A stretch of 64,000 bases of DNA from Botryllus schlosseri (lineage: Eukaryota), in contig CM119371.1 in NCBI GenBank assembly GCA_051294905.1, positions 20,834,001-20,898,000 on the forward strand. The letters are read 5' to 3'. Under the pieces are notes generated by a model, which saw only the letters and a program-made list of their open reading frames with translations, was not told where the DNA came from and ran no database searches. Made by a program: the position numbers and the translations under genes. Each line of letters begins with the position of its first letter. Position 1 is the stretch's first letter. Positions 62,702 to 64,000 of the stretch are shown one piece after another.

Positions 62702-64000
62702 TGCATGCACATGTTTTCTGTATGATCATTGCTGCTGTCCATTTGTTCTGTATTTCTGTTGTATGAAAATAAACACGCACAGTCTCTCTCAGTTGGTATT
62801 CCAATCATTACTGCGCAGCAACATCAAGTATGAGTACTCGTAGTACAGCAGAGGTGACAATTCCGTCTTAGCTGTGCAAGTTCACGTACAATTGGTTAGG
62901 TCAATGGCGCTTGCATGAGTTCAGAAATAGGTGGAGACAGCAAGAATTTCAGCGAATCGTTCGTGTTCTGACTGCATCCGGTTATTTAACGATAGCACTT
63001 TGGAGCTCTTCGTATGGCGCAAACATTCCCTCGGAGCTCCAATTATGAGCTTACAAATCACTATCCTACTTGTTCTTCTTACTACATTAAGCGTAGGTAA
63101 ACATCTCTTGTAAAGGTAAAGGTGGGCGTCAAGTTCTGGTACTTTCACCACAGCTATTTGCAATTATTAGTATGGCGTAAACTTTCCCTCGGAGCTATAA
63201 TTATGAGCATACAAATCAGTAACAGTAACCATTGAAATCAGTAACCAGAAGGGCGAATAAATAATGTACAAAACCGAAGCCTGTCAAAAACGCATGCAGT
63301 CTCCATAGTAACGGGCCTACGTCACACGGTGCCGGACGAATAGCCTGAGGAACTTTATTCGTCCGGATCCGGACGAGTAGCCACTGCCTTGGTCAATACA
63401 TATCACCCCATTCAGTATGGAATTACAAACCCAATACAGGTCAGTTCATAACCGGATCCGGATATTCAATGCAAAGCGATAAAGCAGAACCAATGACCAA
63501 ATGTAATTAAACATGTAGATTCACAACCCTTGATTTTTTTTTCGTGAAAAATGACAATACATATCGAATATAAATTACGATTGTTCAACCCTACCAAGTA
63601 TTCACGTAAGCGTGGTTTATAACATTACATACAATGTGTCGGTGTACAAATGTTGGGTGTTTATGCACACATCGGTATGACCCGTAGACAACATCATCAT
63701 ACCATCCAGGACTTCGTTATTGCATCGCGAGGTCAATAAAATTGATTTTGTGTACTCAATCGGTGGCATAGACGACGGAAGGCTTGGAGATCCAATGTAA
63801 AATACAGACAAACAAACGGGTATATTTGTCCATCTTGGTTATTCACTCAACTACCATTGGTGCTCTCGATACAGCGAACGGTACATTATGCAACGCATAT
63901 CATTAGAGTGATATATCCACAGGTAAATATGGGGCCCGGCCACAATAATTGTACGACGCCGACAAATCGATGCACGCAAGGTGTGGTTGATGATAATTGT

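Larger units (their letters stand above)
57482..63388 (+). mobile_element. Full-length Mutator-like (MULE) DNA transposon, 5907 bp
   Basis: ~58-bp TIRs (GGAAGTGTCTACTCGTCCGGATCAGGACGAATAAAGTTCCTCAGGCTATTCGTCCGGC and its near-complement); perfect 9-bp TSD TTGGTCAAT at 57473-57481 and 63389-63397. Confidence 0.96.

Noticed and set aside
62921..63163. Possible mudrB-like second gene on the minus strand of the MULE
   Set aside because: Short, no recognisable motif or exon chain; cannot be supported without transcript data.

Overview
Eukaryotic, AT-rich, transposon-dense genomic DNA, probably from an invertebrate (short 54-66 nt spliceosomal introns, many hAT-type MITEs, tRNA-derived SINEs). No prokaryotic features, CRISPR arrays, rRNA or true tRNA genes were seen. 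There are three intact-looking coding units. (1) An L1/Tx1-group non-LTR retrotransposon (1-5454) with a zinc-knuckle ORF1, an APE-RT ORF2, structured UTRs and a poly(A) tail; it has inserted into a DNA-transposon-like repeat that also occurs at ~54.9 kb. (2) A 10-finger C2H2 zinc-finger ORF (48599-49648, minus strand). (3) A complete 5.9-kb Mutator-like element (57482-63388; TIRs plus a 9-bp TSD) whose spliced ~907-aa transposase carries WRKY/FAR1-like, DDE, SWIM, AT-hook and PHD motifs. Between them lie nested MITEs, fragments of RLE-type, I-group and L2/CR1 LINEs, SINEs, tandem repeats, a chimeric 2-kb hAT-type unit present as two inverted copies, and scattered exons of a decayed, probably CACTA/EnSpm-type element (~19-26 kb, minus strand) that the ORF track shows only in fragments. 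Family names come from motif recognition by eye, not from database searches.
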